Below, one piece after another: positions 51,357 to 61,138 of a stretch of 64,000 bases of DNA. A program made the position numbers and the translations under genes. The notes beneath the pieces were generated by a model that saw only the letters and a list, made by a program, of their open reading frames with translations, was not told the origin of the DNA and did no database searches. Origin of the DNA: Alistipes sp. GTDB taxonomy: Bacteria > Bacteroidota > Bacteroidia > Bacteroidales > Rikenellaceae. The stretch is taken from the NCBI GenBank assembly GCA_045645705.1, contig JAZRJJ010000058.1, positions 33,746-97,745 of the forward strand, read 5' to 3'. Position 1 is the stretch's first letter, and the number at the start of each line of letters is the position of its first letter.

Positions 51357-52652
51357 ATGATTGAGAGATATAGCAGAGAGATTATGCGCAAGGTGTGGAC
51401 CGAGCAGAACAAGTTCGATGCCTACCTTCGCGTTGAGATTTTGGCTTCAGAGGCTTGGAGCCAGTTGGGCGTAGTGCCCAAGGAGGATGTTGAGAAGCTC
51501 TGGAAGAGCGCATCGTTCAACATCGACCGCATCTATGAGATTGAGCAGCAGACACGCCACGACATCGTAGCCTTCACACGCGCCGTGAGCGAGACCCTCG
51601 GTGAGGAGCGTAAGTGGGTACACTATGGCCTTACCAGCACCGATGTTGTTGATACCGCCAACGGCTACCTTTTGAAGCAGGCTAACTCTATCCTCTTGGA
51701 GGATATCGAGAAGATGCTCGAGGTATTGCGCCAACGCGCTATCGAGTTTAAGTCTACTCCTTGCATCGGCCGTACACACGGTATCCACGCCGACATCACT
51801 TGCTTCGGCCTTAAGTGGGCGTTGTGGTATGAGGAGATGAAGCGCAACCTCACTCGCTTCGTTGCTGCAGCACGCGGTGTAGAGGTTGGTAAGATTTCAG
51901 GCGCTGTGGGTAACTTCGCAAACATCCCTCCATTCATCCAGGACTATGTATGCGAGAAGCTCGGCATCGAGAGCGCAAACATCTCTACACAGGTTATCCA
52001 GCGTGACCGCCACGCTTACTACATGGCAACTCTCGCTTGCATCGCTTCGTCTATCGAGCAGATGGCTATGGAGATTCGTAACTTGCAGCGTACCGAGGTA
52101 CACGAGGTTGAGGAGTCATTCGGTAAGGGTCAGAAGGGTTCAAGCGCTATGCCTCACAAGCGTAACCCCATCTCAAGCGAGAATATGTGTGGCTGTGCTC
52201 GCGTTATGCGTGGCTACATGGCTACATTCTACGAGAACGTGGCTCTCTGGCACGAGCGTGATATCTCACACTCTGCAACTGAGCGTATCATCCTTCCCGA
52301 TGCTACCATGTTGCTCGACTACATGCTCAACCGCTTCCGCGGCATCCTCGAGAACCTCGTAGTGTTCAAGGATGTCATGATGGAGAACATCTACCGCACC
52401 CGCAAGGTTATCTTCGCACAGCGCGTTATGAACGCTCTCATCGAGAAGGGCTTTTCACGCGAGCAGGCTTACGACACTGTTCAGCCTGTTGCTATGCGTG
52501 CTATGAGCGAGCGTGCCGACTACCAGGAGCTCTTGGCTGAGACTCCCGCAGTCATGGATGTCCTCACTCGTGAGGAGCTCGACGCTTGCTTCACATTGGA
52601 GTACTACCTCAAGAACGTAGACTTCATCTTCGACCGCGTAGGTATCGAGTAA
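51357..52652 (+). CDS. purB: Adenylosuccinate lyase (Bacillus-like, 431 aa)
   Basis: [42 protein letters not shown]. Confidence 0.97.
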   Translation: MIERYSREIMRKVWTEQNKFDAYLRVEILASEAWSQLGVVPKEDVEKLWKSASFNIDRIYEIEQQTRHDIVAFTRAVSETLGEERKWVHYGLTSTDVVDTANGYLLKQANSILLEDIEKMLEVLRQRAIEFKSTPCIGRTHGIHADITCFGLKWALWYEEMKRNLTRFVAAARGVEVGKISGAVGNFANIPPFIQDYVCEKLGIESANISTQVIQRDRHAYYMATLACIASSIEQMAMEIRNLQRTEVHEVEESFGKGQKGSSAMPHKRNPISSENMCGCARVMRGYMATFYENVALWHERDISHSATERIILPDATMLLDYMLNRFRGILENLVVFKDVMMENIYRTRKVIFAQRVMNALIEKGFSREQAYDTVQPVAMRAMSERADYQELLAETPAVMDVLTREELDACFTLEYYLKNVDFIFDRVGIE

Positions 52653-52732
52653 CTCCGTGCGATAGGGTAGATGACGGTTGTGTAGAACTTGCTGCAGGCC
52701 TGTTATCTACCACTGTAGTTGCACCATAAACC

Positions 52733-52779
52733 GAGACCGATTAATATCCGTAGGGATGTTAGTCGGTCTCTTTCGTTTT
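52733..52779 (+). terminator. Terminator of the pur operon
   Basis: GAGACCGATTAATATCC-GTAG-GGATGTTAGTCGGTCTC then T-rich tail. Confidence 0.8.
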
Positions 52780-52812
52780 ATTTGGTTGTCACAAATGTTA
52801 TTGTACGACTGT

Positions 52813-52983
52813 AAATTAACTTCATACACCTCACGCCATAGCTGGGTAACTGTTGCACGAAATTACAATGTATCCATTTCAGCCATCAATTAAGGTATAT
52901 GCAACACCTTGGAACAGATCACAATGTTTTATCTAATAATGTTAGAAAATTCGGTGATTGACGATGTAAATAATGGAATAATC
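52813..52983 (+). pseudogene. C-terminal remnant of a Bacteroidales tyrosine integrase
   Basis: Single frame reads KLTSYTSRHSWVTVARNYNVSISAIN*GICNTLEQITMFYLIMLENSVIDDVNNGII, matching the 'YxxRHSWAT...IS..LGH....T..YL..L....ID..N' tail, with an internal stop at 52891-52893. Confidence 0.7.
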
Positions 52984-53176
52984 AGTGGGGGTGCTATGAC
53001 TTTTGTCTATTTGCTGATAAATATTTGTTTTCCAGTATAATCTATTATCATTTTTTTTGTGAAAATACCTTGAAAAAATAATTAGATATTACTGCGTCCG
53101 ATTAGAATATTTTTATTAACTTTATACAAAATTTGGATTCTTTCGTGGACTTACACCAAAGAAAACTCTATTTAAT

Positions 53177-53749
53177 ATGAGAGTAGAGAGCGAAGTTTGC
53201 GCGTTGAATGATTCGTTTGTCAATGGGACAAACGACCGCGAAGCGTGTCCAAAACGCTGGGTCGCTGCCCTTGTTAAGATGAACAGCGAGAAGAAAGTTG
53301 CAGCAAAACTTGACAAGATGGGAATAGCAAATTATGTGCCAGTTCAGCATGAGGAACACCAGTGGAGTGATAGGAAGAAAAGGATAGATAGAGTTGTAAT
53401 TCCAATGGTGGTATTTGTTCGTCTTGCCCAAAATGAAGAAGACGATTTTCGTAGACTATCATTCATCCTTAAATTCATTACATATCCTGGTTCAAAGGAG
53501 TTAGCTACTCCAATACCTGATGAACAAATCGAAAAACTAAAGTTTCTTTTGCATAATGCAGATGCAAAAGTTTCAATCGTAGATAATCTTAAAGTTGGTG
53601 ATAAGGTTCGTCTTGTAAGAGGTCCGATGAAAGGTCTTGAAGGGGAATTAAGTCACATAGAAGAAAACAAGCCTATTGTAGCAATCAGAATAGATGGATT
53701 GGGCTACGCTTGTGTGAGTGTAGAGAAAATTAATTTGGAAATAATCTAA
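53177..53749 (+). CDS. upxY: UpxY-family (NusG paralog) transcription antiterminator
   Basis: WVAALVKMNSEKKV...YVP...QWSDRKK...VIPMVVFV, PIPDEQI, KOW motif GDKVRLVRGPMKGLEG. Confidence 0.9.
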   Translation: MRVESEVCALNDSFVNGTNDREACPKRWVAALVKMNSEKKVAAKLDKMGIANYVPVQHEEHQWSDRKKRIDRVVIPMVVFVRLAQNEEDDFRRLSFILKFITYPGSKELATPIPDEQIEKLKFLLHNADAKVSIVDNLKVGDKVRLVRGPMKGLEGELSHIEENKPIVAIRIDGLGYACVSVEKINLEII

Positions 53750-53762
53750 TATAGTCATTGCG

Positions 53763-56453
53763 ATGAAAGCACGTAAATATTTTGATTGGATAATTTTTAC
53801 ACTATGTATAATTGGCTTTATTGTTGAGTTTTGTTATACCCACTACACCTGTATAACGGAGTTTGCATTGGGACTTATCGGAATAGTATATTGTATTCGC
53901 TATCTATTAATTGCCTTATTATGTCCTATTAAGCGTGATTGGATTTTAGCTAAAGGTCGATTTTTGATCAAAGTTGTAAATTTTGTATTACTAATCCCAT
54001 TTGTTATTACATTTACTTTTAATCTTATCGATAATGATAAAAAATATTATCCTCAAAATTTGGTTTTTGACGATAATTTGTACACCATTAATAATCCTAA
54101 TTTCCCCAAAGATACTATATGTGTTAATATTCAACATAATCTGAGAAGTACAGACGCCATATGCGATAGCTTAAGTCATAAAAGCATTAATGACAATTTA
54201 TTCATTTATGCTGAAAACAAATTACCTAAATCTATTACAGCTTCACAAAAGGATCCATCTTTGTTTTGGACAGTGTATTATCATTTTATAGATCCAGGTA
54301 ATCAACATATGACAACATCTGAATCAGGTAGAAAAAGAGCAGCTTTAATTGCAATGTTTGGTTTTCTTCTTCTGAATGGTTTGCTAATTTCAACTCTGAT
54401 TAGTTGGTTTGATCGCCGTAGAGAGCAATGGATTAATGGTGAAATTCGATATGGAAGGTTGGGTTTGATATTTAAAAAAGTGGCTATTGTAATCGGTGCG
54501 AATGAATCTACGCCAACCATCATTAAAAGATTATTAAATAATTGTGGAGAGAAGCCTGTTGATTACGTTATTCTATTGACGAATGAAGAGGTAGAAAGCG
54601 TAAGAGAACAAATATCATCATATCTTAATAATGATGAAGAAAAAAGAGTAATTATTTATAATGGACAATTAGACTCTATTGAAGAAATTTATAAATTGCA
54701 TATCACACGGGCTACTGAAATATATGTTTTAGGTGAAAATTCAAATGACGATGTGTCGCAGAGTTATCATGACACGCAAAATATGAGGTGTGTTCATAAT
54801 ATAGCGAGTTATTTGACAGACAAATGCATAGAACGAAAGATCATATGTAGAGTTCAGTTTGAATACCAAACGACATATTCTGTGTTTCAATTTTCTGATT
54901 TACCTAATAATATTCGTGAGCATTTGGTCTTCATCCCTTTTAATGTTTATGAAAATTGGGCGCAACGTGTATTTGTACAAGGAGAATATACTGAAACTGT
55001 CAAAAAGGTACTGCCTGCACTTCGAAAGATTGATCTAAAACCTATTTGGATTAATAATCTTTTACATCCTATTGTGAATTACTTGCAATCTATAATGCCG
55101 AAGAATAATGAAGAACAACGGAATATAGAATATACTCCTTTAGATGGAACGGGAATTTCTTCAACATCAAATAATCACGTTCACTTTGTAGTAGTAGGAA
55201 TGTCGAAGATGGGTATTGCAATGGCCATTCAGGCTGCCCAAGTGGCACATTATCCCAATTATTCATCTGGAAGAAAAGATGAAAATGGTAATGTTTTGCG
55301 GAAGCCATCGCATAATAGAACTAGAATTACATTCATTGATAATGACGCTGAAAATGAAATGAATTTCTTTAAGGGTCGTTACCAAAATTTATTTGCACTT
55401 TCTCGTAGTAGATACATAGATGCTAGCGATAAAGATTATAATGCCAATGAACCTTGGGAAGATGCTATGGCCCAAGATAATTGTAAATATAAAAAACATG
55501 GAGCGAACTTTATTGATATAGAATGGGAATTTATTAAAGGCAATGTACAAAGTCCTGCGGTAATGAAATATCTTAAAGATTCCGCAGACCAGGCAAGTTG
55601 TTTACATGAAAACAAATCTTTATTGACTATTGCTATATGTCATCCGTTGGCTCACGAAGCAATTGCTGCAGCTTTATATATGCCAAGTGAAATCTATGAC
55701 AATGCCCTTCAGATATTAGTATATCAAAGAGAGGCATCAGACATTGTTTATAATTTGAGTAGTAGAGATGGAGTATATACACATAAAAGATATGAAAAGC
55801 TGCGTCCGTTCGGAATGCAATATGCTGATTTTACAATGAATAAAGAAAATTACTATAGATCGCAGTTGTGCAACTATGTTTACAAGTTAATGTTTGACGA
55901 TAAAATTGACAACAGGCATATTCCAGAGATATTGTCTAATATAAAAATATCTCAAAGAACTGATGAACATATGGAAAAAGCCAGAGAGTCTTGGAAGGTA
56001 TTACCGGTGTTCAATAAATGGTCTAATCGTTACTTGTCCAATAGCTTTGAAACGAAGTTAAGAAGTATAAATGCAAGTTTTACCGATGTTGCAATGCATT
56101 ATGACTTAATTTGTGAATTGTTCGAAAAGAATAAAATGGAAATGGCTGAATGTGAGCACAATCGTTGGAATGTGCAACAACTTCTGATGGGCTTTAGGGC
56201 ATATAAAGATGATGAATTGGAGGAATTTGAAAGTCTTAGAAAAAAATCATCCTCAAGTAATGAGGCTAAAGTTGCATTCAAAGAATTTAAGAATAAGATG
56301 AAAAACAGTCCAGAAAAGATACATCTTAATATCTGTTCCATTTCCATGTTGCATAAATTAGACGAGGATGCAGAAGGATATGATGAGGTTTTCAATGCTT
56401 CGATACCTGCAATTTTAAAATGCATAGAGGAACATAATAAAGAAATTAGTTAA
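53763..56453 (+). CDS. Putative ion channel: N-terminal TMs, CASTOR/POLLUX-like pore, two RCK/Rossmann modules, C-terminal RyR-like domain
   Basis: Pore-like SLFWTVYYHFIDPGNQ then TM AALIAMFGFLLLNGLLISTL; IVIGAN...RATEIYVLGE; HFVVVGMSKMG; AECEHNRWNVQQLLMGF...KIHLNI. Confidence 0.65.
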   Translation: MKARKYFDWIIFTLCIIGFIVEFCYTHYTCITEFALGLIGIVYCIRYLLIALLCPIKRDWILAKGRFLIKVVNFVLLIPFVITFTFNLIDNDKKYYPQNLVFDDNLYTINNPNFPKDTICVNIQHNLRSTDAICDSLSHKSINDNLFIYAENKLPKSITASQKDPSLFWTVYYHFIDPGNQHMTTSESGRKRAALIAMFGFLLLNGLLISTLISWFDRRREQWINGEIRYGRLGLIFKKVAIVIGANESTPTIIKRLLNNCGEKPVDYVILLTNEEVESVREQISSYLNNDEEKRVIIYNGQLDSIEEIYKLHITRATEIYVLGENSNDDVSQSYHDTQNMRCVHNIASYLTDKCIERKIICRVQFEYQTTYSVFQFSDLPNNIREHLVFIPFNVYENWAQRVFVQGEYTETVKKVLPALRKIDLKPIWINNLLHPIVNYLQSIMPKNNEEQRNIEYTPLDGTGISSTSNNHVHFVVVGMSKMGIAMAIQAAQVAHYPNYSSGRKDENGNVLRKPSHNRTRITFIDNDAENEMNFFKGRYQNLFALSRSRYIDASDKDYNANEPWEDAMAQDNCKYKKHGANFIDIEWEFIKGNVQSPAVMKYLKDSADQASCLHENKSLLTIAICHPLAHEAIAAALYMPSEIYDNALQILVYQREASDIVYNLSSRDGVYTHKRYEKLRPFGMQYADFTMNKENYYRSQLCNYVYKLMFDDKIDNRHIPEILSNIKISQRTDEHMEKARESWKVLPVFNKWSNRYLSNSFETKLRSINASFTDVAMHYDLICELFEKNKMEMAECEHNRWNVQQLLMGFRAYKDDELEEFESLRKKSSSSNEAKVAFKEFKNKMKNSPEKIHLNICSISMLHKLDEDAEGYDEVFNASIPAILKCIEEHNKEIS

Positions 56454-56461
56454 AAAGTATC

Positions 56462-57034
56462 ATGACTGACCAACAAATAATAGAAGCCTTGATTGCTCGG
56501 GATGAGCGAGTGACTAAGCAGTTCTTTTTCGGGAACTGCCGTCCGCTTTTCTTGAGCATCATTCGCTATGTATTCTCCTATGAGGTGGATTATGATGAGT
56601 TCGTAAATGAATTCTATCTACATCTTATGGAGAACGATGCGTATCGTCTTAGACAGTTTCAAGGTCGTAGCACTATCTATCAGTGGATGAAAGTTGTAGC
56701 AATACGCTACTTTATCGCTAAGCGTGATAGCATGATAGATAATGAGTCAAGGGATGCTCTTTTAGATAGTGTTTTACAAAATGAAACTATTGAAGACGAA
56801 AAGAAGATGATGGCTAAGATGGATATAGAATATCTGTTCTCACTAATGCCAAACAGACGCTATGTATATGTCATCAGAAGAGTGATTTTACAGGGGGCTG
56901 AGCCTCAAGTTGTAGCTCAGGAACTCAGAACCAATGTGGATAATTTGTATAACATTAAGAAGCGTGCTATTGCTGCTTTGACAGAGATTGCACTGAAAGA
57001 AGTAGAGAAATATGAAAAAGAAATCAGTAAATAA
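56462..57034 (+). CDS. ECF-type sigma-70 factor
   Basis: MTDQQIIEAL, region 2-like LRQFQGRSTIYQWMKVVAIRY, region 4-like VAQELRTNVDNLYNIKKRA. Confidence 0.8.
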   Translation: MTDQQIIEALIARDERVTKQFFFGNCRPLFLSIIRYVFSYEVDYDEFVNEFYLHLMENDAYRLRQFQGRSTIYQWMKVVAIRYFIAKRDSMIDNESRDALLDSVLQNETIEDEKKMMAKMDIEYLFSLMPNRRYVYVIRRVILQGAEPQVVAQELRTNVDNLYNIKKRAIAALTEIALKEVEKYEKEISK

Positions 57035-57998
57035 CATCTCGGCAGAGGTATTGGCAGCATTTCTTGATGGCAATGCTACTGCGCAAGAGAGCAAAGAAAT
57101 AATTACAGCTCTCACCGAGGATGCTGAATTGAGAGAATTGATGCATATTTCTCAATCAGTAGATAAAGAATTGGGGATGATTCCACATGATTGTGAGTTT
57201 ATTCCTATGACAGCAATGGCGGCAACATGTAATAAGGGTAATTATTGCAGCTTAGAGTGCGAGAAATATATTCTTCGCAAACTCAACATTGCATTTAATG
57301 AGGAACAATTACTCCAGAGTGCTGTTCAAAATGGATGGCAGAAAGAAGAAGGAACAGCACTTCATAATGTCGGACGACACTTGGAAAGTAAAGGCCTTGT
57401 AGTAACTCGACAGTATAATGCTTCAATCAGTGATATAGTAAACGCCCTAAAAGAGGATGGGTGTGCAATAGTTGCAGTTGATGGTGGAGAATTGTTAGGA
57501 AATAGAACGGATGAAACAGATGAGGATATCTTGATAGGTCAAATACTCGACCATACGGTTGTGGTATTGTCGCTTGATGTGAATAGAGGGACAATAACCC
57601 TATTTGATCCAAATTCTTCAAATACTGAAGACATATATCCAATTGAACAATTCAAAGACGCATGGAATGATTCTAAGAATTATTTAGTGGCTGCTACTTC
57701 TAACAGAATGAAAACTTATATTCCAAAGTCAATAGACTTATCGGATGTAGAATTAACCGAAGATTTGAATGAGTTGCGTGAAGCAATCGCAGAAAATGCT
57801 CATGAAGTGTGGGCTGAGAATCGATATGCAGAAGGTTGGAGATATGGGGCGCAACGCAATGATGAGTTGAAATTACACCCTGATATGGTGCCATACTCGC
57901 AACTGCCAGAAGGTGAAAAAGAATATGACCGAGAAATGGCAATGAAGACCATAAAACTTTTGAAGAAATTAGGATACGATTTAATTAAGCGAAACTAA
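57012..57998 (+). CDS. Anti-sigma-like N-terminus, C39/papain-like peptidase, RyR domain fusion
   Basis: ISAEVLAAFLDG; NYC...AVDGGEL...DHTVVV...FDPN; AENAHEVWAENRYAEGWRYG...HPDMVPYSQLPEGEKEYDR; overlaps the sigma gene by 23 nt. Confidence 0.7.
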   Translation: MKKKSVNNISAEVLAAFLDGNATAQESKEIITALTEDAELRELMHISQSVDKELGMIPHDCEFIPMTAMAATCNKGNYCSLECEKYILRKLNIAFNEEQLLQSAVQNGWQKEEGTALHNVGRHLESKGLVVTRQYNASISDIVNALKEDGCAIVAVDGGELLGNRTDETDEDILIGQILDHTVVVLSLDVNRGTITLFDPNSSNTEDIYPIEQFKDAWNDSKNYLVAATSNRMKTYIPKSIDLSDVELTEDLNELREAIAENAHEVWAENRYAEGWRYGAQRNDELKLHPDMVPYSQLPEGEKEYDREMAMKTIKLLKKLGYDLIKRN

Positions 57999-58156
57999 CC
58001 GGATTTGCATCAAGTATTTAGGTGTCGTATATAAAAATGCAGATGAAAAATTGTCTTGTTTAAAATATAGGCATTCGATATCATAATCTTAGATGTATTG
58101 TGCTGGTTATAGTTGCAAATTCTATATTCATAATTCTATACAAATAATAATTAAAT

Positions 58157-59362
58157 ATGAAATATGATATCTTCATAAGTTACAGGCGAGAAGGCGGTTA
58201 TGATACGGCTAAACATCTCAATGACCTTCTTGTTCGAGATGGCTATAGAGTTAGTTTTGACATAGATACATTAAGAAACGGGGATTTTGACATACAGCTA
58301 CTGTCTCGTATTGAGGAATGTAAAGACTTCATATTAGTCGTTGACAAACATGCATTTGATAGGACTCTTGATAAAACTTTTGATTCAACTAAAGATTGGA
58401 TGCGTTGTGAACTTGCACATGCATTAAAACACAACAAAAATATTATTCCAGTTTTCCTATCAGGGGTTACGGGATTTCCCGATGGTCTTCCTGCAGATAT
58501 TGTTAATGTTACGAAAAAGAATGGTCCTGAATATAATAGATATTATTTTAACGATTTCTACGAAACATTAAAGAAAAGATTTTTGCATAAACGAAGTAAA
58601 TACAGAATTCCTCTTATTATAGTTCCTGTATTGTTTTTTGTGGCATTAATTCTTTTCATAAGCAAAGTATACAAAGTTGAAAAGGATATAAATTATGACA
58701 AGCAATCCATCATAGAAGATGGCAAACAAACCATTATTAATGAATATGATAAAAGACAAGAACTTCCTATACAAGAAAGAGCAGATATAGTAGATGTTGT
58801 TAATTCTTTTATCATAGATGATTTAACAGAGTATAATATCCAAGATTGGAGTGTTTTTAAAGATTATACTAAGAAGCACCAATTGATTCCCTTGACAGAA
58901 GGTATAGAATGGGTCGATGAAACTAATGACAAGTATATAACTCCGTTTAAACTTGATTTTGTATCAAAGTTGGTGTATAAGAATCGAAACTTTGATGAAG
59001 ATATATTTGGAAATGCTAAAATTCAGCATATTACTTTAATGGGGCCAAGAGCTGGAGGTATCTTGTTATCCATTTCAAGTGGAAATCAAGCTACATATGA
59101 AATTGATTCTGATTTCATTATGGATATCGGTTTCTCGAATATGTCACACTTCAGTTTAAATGGCACGTACTATTGTATTGCAAAAAAAGATGAATACTGC
59201 TTGGTTGAAGTCAGGTCAGGAGGTTCAAGTGGTAATTTTTACGAATGGATTATATCTAATGAGCTTGATTTAATTAAAGACTATCTTCATGTATACCATG
59301 ATATACCGGAGCAATGTAATATCTTTGAGGTTGTAGATGGAGACAATCTTACATCTTATTAA
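58157..59362 (+). CDS. TIR-domain protein with one TM segment and an unknown extracytoplasmic domain
   Basis: YDIFISYRREGG...DFILVV...DWMRCELAHAL...IIPV; TM IPLIIVPVLFFVALILFI. Confidence 0.85.
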   Translation: MKYDIFISYRREGGYDTAKHLNDLLVRDGYRVSFDIDTLRNGDFDIQLLSRIEECKDFILVVDKHAFDRTLDKTFDSTKDWMRCELAHALKHNKNIIPVFLSGVTGFPDGLPADIVNVTKKNGPEYNRYYFNDFYETLKKRFLHKRSKYRIPLIIVPVLFFVALILFISKVYKVEKDINYDKQSIIEDGKQTIINEYDKRQELPIQERADIVDVVNSFIIDDLTEYNIQDWSVFKDYTKKHQLIPLTEGIEWVDETNDKYITPFKLDFVSKLVYKNRNFDEDIFGNAKIQHITLMGPRAGGILLSISSGNQATYEIDSDFIMDIGFSNMSHFSLNGTYYCIAKKDEYCLVEVRSGGSSGNFYEWIISNELDLIKDYLHVYHDIPEQCNIFEVVDGDNLTSY

Positions 59363-59384
59363 TAACAAACAGCGAACGATTTCT

Positions 59385-60263
59385 ATGATTAAACCAGCAG
59401 AATTTATTCATCCCGAAGACGCAGCAGCATTGCGTCAGTTGGAAAGCATCCCAGGATTCCCTGCTCTTGTTAAGAAAATTATGGCACTGGGATTTGAACA
59501 ATTGCAGTATGGTATGAATATGGCGACAGCAATCCGTCTTTCTCCTACTCAATTACCCATACTTTACAATCACCTTCCTCCAATATGTAAGAAGTTAGGC
59601 ATCCCAGAGCCTGAGTTCTATCTGCAAATGGACCCAATACCAAATGCATGGACTTTTGGTGATACCAAGATTTTCATCACTATCACATCGGGTTTGGTAG
59701 AATTGCTCAATGATGAGGAGTTGGATGCAGTAATCGCACACGAGTGTGGCCATATCCTTTGTCGACATGTACTGTATCACAGTATAGCTCAATATATTCT
59801 AAGCGGTGCAGACGCAATGGGAATTTTAGGTTCGCTGACCATACCTATTCAATATGCTATTTTGTATTGGTATAGAAAGAGCGAGTTATCGTGTGATAGA
59901 TGTGGCAGTATAATAACCTCCCCAGAGATTGTTGCCCGCTCGATGGCTCGTTTGTCGGGTGGCCCAAAGGCTATAACAAGCGATTTGAATATGCATGAGT
60001 GGGCCCTACAAGCCGATAAATATGAGGAGATAAAGAATGATGGTTTGTGGAATAAAGCATTACAACTCTCCATCATAATTGGACGATCACATCCATTCAG
60101 TGCTGTACGAGTGCGTGAAATTCTTAAATGGGGAGAAAGCTCACAGTATAGAAATCTGATGCAGAATCTGAAAGCAGAAGCCTCGGGTAAGAAGTGTTCG
60201 ATATGTAACAATGCCGTATGCGATGATTGGGCGTATTGCAAATATTGTGGAGCTAAACTTTAA
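59385..60263 (+). CDS. M48-family zinc metalloprotease with C-terminal zinc ribbon
   Basis: NAWTFG, ITSGL, VIAHECGH, ELSCDR, SHP...R; CSIC...CKYCG; start MIKPAEF chosen. Confidence 0.9.
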   Translation: MIKPAEFIHPEDAAALRQLESIPGFPALVKKIMALGFEQLQYGMNMATAIRLSPTQLPILYNHLPPICKKLGIPEPEFYLQMDPIPNAWTFGDTKIFITITSGLVELLNDEELDAVIAHECGHILCRHVLYHSIAQYILSGADAMGILGSLTIPIQYAILYWYRKSELSCDRCGSIITSPEIVARSMARLSGGPKAITSDLNMHEWALQADKYEEIKNDGLWNKALQLSIIIGRSHPFSAVRVREILKWGESSQYRNLMQNLKAEASGKKCSICNNAVCDDWAYCKYCGAKL

Positions 60264-60293
60264 TTATCACCATATCATATTTATTTTAATATT

Positions 60294-60515
60294 ATGTCAG
60301 TAAAATGTCCATATTGTAATAGCGAAAATGTCCAAGCAACAAATCTTGGCAAACGTGCTGTTGCCACAACAGTATCTTTCGCAGCGGGTTTTGTTGTATC
60401 CGTATTTAATAGAACGCTGGGCGGACCTACAGCTAAGGAAGTATACAAAAACATCTGTCCCAACAAGGAGTACATCTGCCTAAACGATAATTGTAGAAGA
60501 AAATTTATTAAGTAA
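60294..60515 (+). CDS. Small zinc-ribbon protein with central hydrophobic/Gly segment
   Basis: CPYC...ICLNDNC, 73 aa, AT-rich start context. Confidence 0.65.
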   Translation: MSVKCPYCNSENVQATNLGKRAVATTVSFAAGFVVSVFNRTLGGPTAKEVYKNICPNKEYICLNDNCRRKFIK

Positions 60516-60543
60516 ATTTTTTAAGCATTAAGATGTTAAAGTT

Positions 60544-60630
60544 ATGTTCTCAATGAAGAAGGATGCTTGAATATTGATGAAATGATCATCAACTATACAT
60601 CATTCAAGAATATCAATTTAATTGACGGTA
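60544..60630 (+). pseudogene. Frameshifted, truncated paralog of 61645-61902
   Basis: After ATG TTC and a 1-nt shift it reads NEEGCLNIDEMIINYTSFKNI, versus NEYGILDIDEMVAGNASFKTI. Confidence 0.6.
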
Positions 60631-60719
60631 GTCAATGTATGCGATCATATCTTTGTAAAGGCAATTGTTGGTGATTTGGGGATAATACATGTTACGAGGA
60701 AAATAATAATGTATTTATT

Positions 60720-61124
60720 ATGATTATAGAAATTTCAAATGAAGATATCAATGGGTATATCAAAAAACATTTTGGAGTCAATATACATATATCTAACACG
60801 ACAAAGAATCGTGTAAGGCTGACATATGACGGAGGAGCACCGCTGTATAATATTCCGTTAGATGTTGATATTAAGTATCATAGTAAGGTGCAAATGGAGC
60901 TAACACCGTATTGTGCACTTCCAGGTATTGAGACAATCATTTCTGGTGCTTTGGATTTCTTAGGCTTTAGAAAAGTTTTTCCATTGGGTGTCGTGCGTAA
61001 CGGTAATAGTATCACAATAGCACTTAATCAGATTCCTCAACTCAGTTCTTTGCTATCAAATGTAATTGTTAATGCAATAGAGTTTAATAGTAGTGGATTA
61101 GTAGTTGATATACGTTTTCGTTAA
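60720..61124 (+). CDS. Hypothetical protein (probable paralog of 61139-61558)
   Basis: 134-aa ORF; MIIEISNEDIN and ITIALNQIPQLSSLL resemble the neighbour. Confidence 0.65.
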   Translation: MIIEISNEDINGYIKKHFGVNIHISNTTKNRVRLTYDGGAPLYNIPLDVDIKYHSKVQMELTPYCALPGIETIISGALDFLGFRKVFPLGVVRNGNSITIALNQIPQLSSLLSNVIVNAIEFNSSGLVVDIRFR

Positions 61125-61138
61125 TATGATAAAATAAT

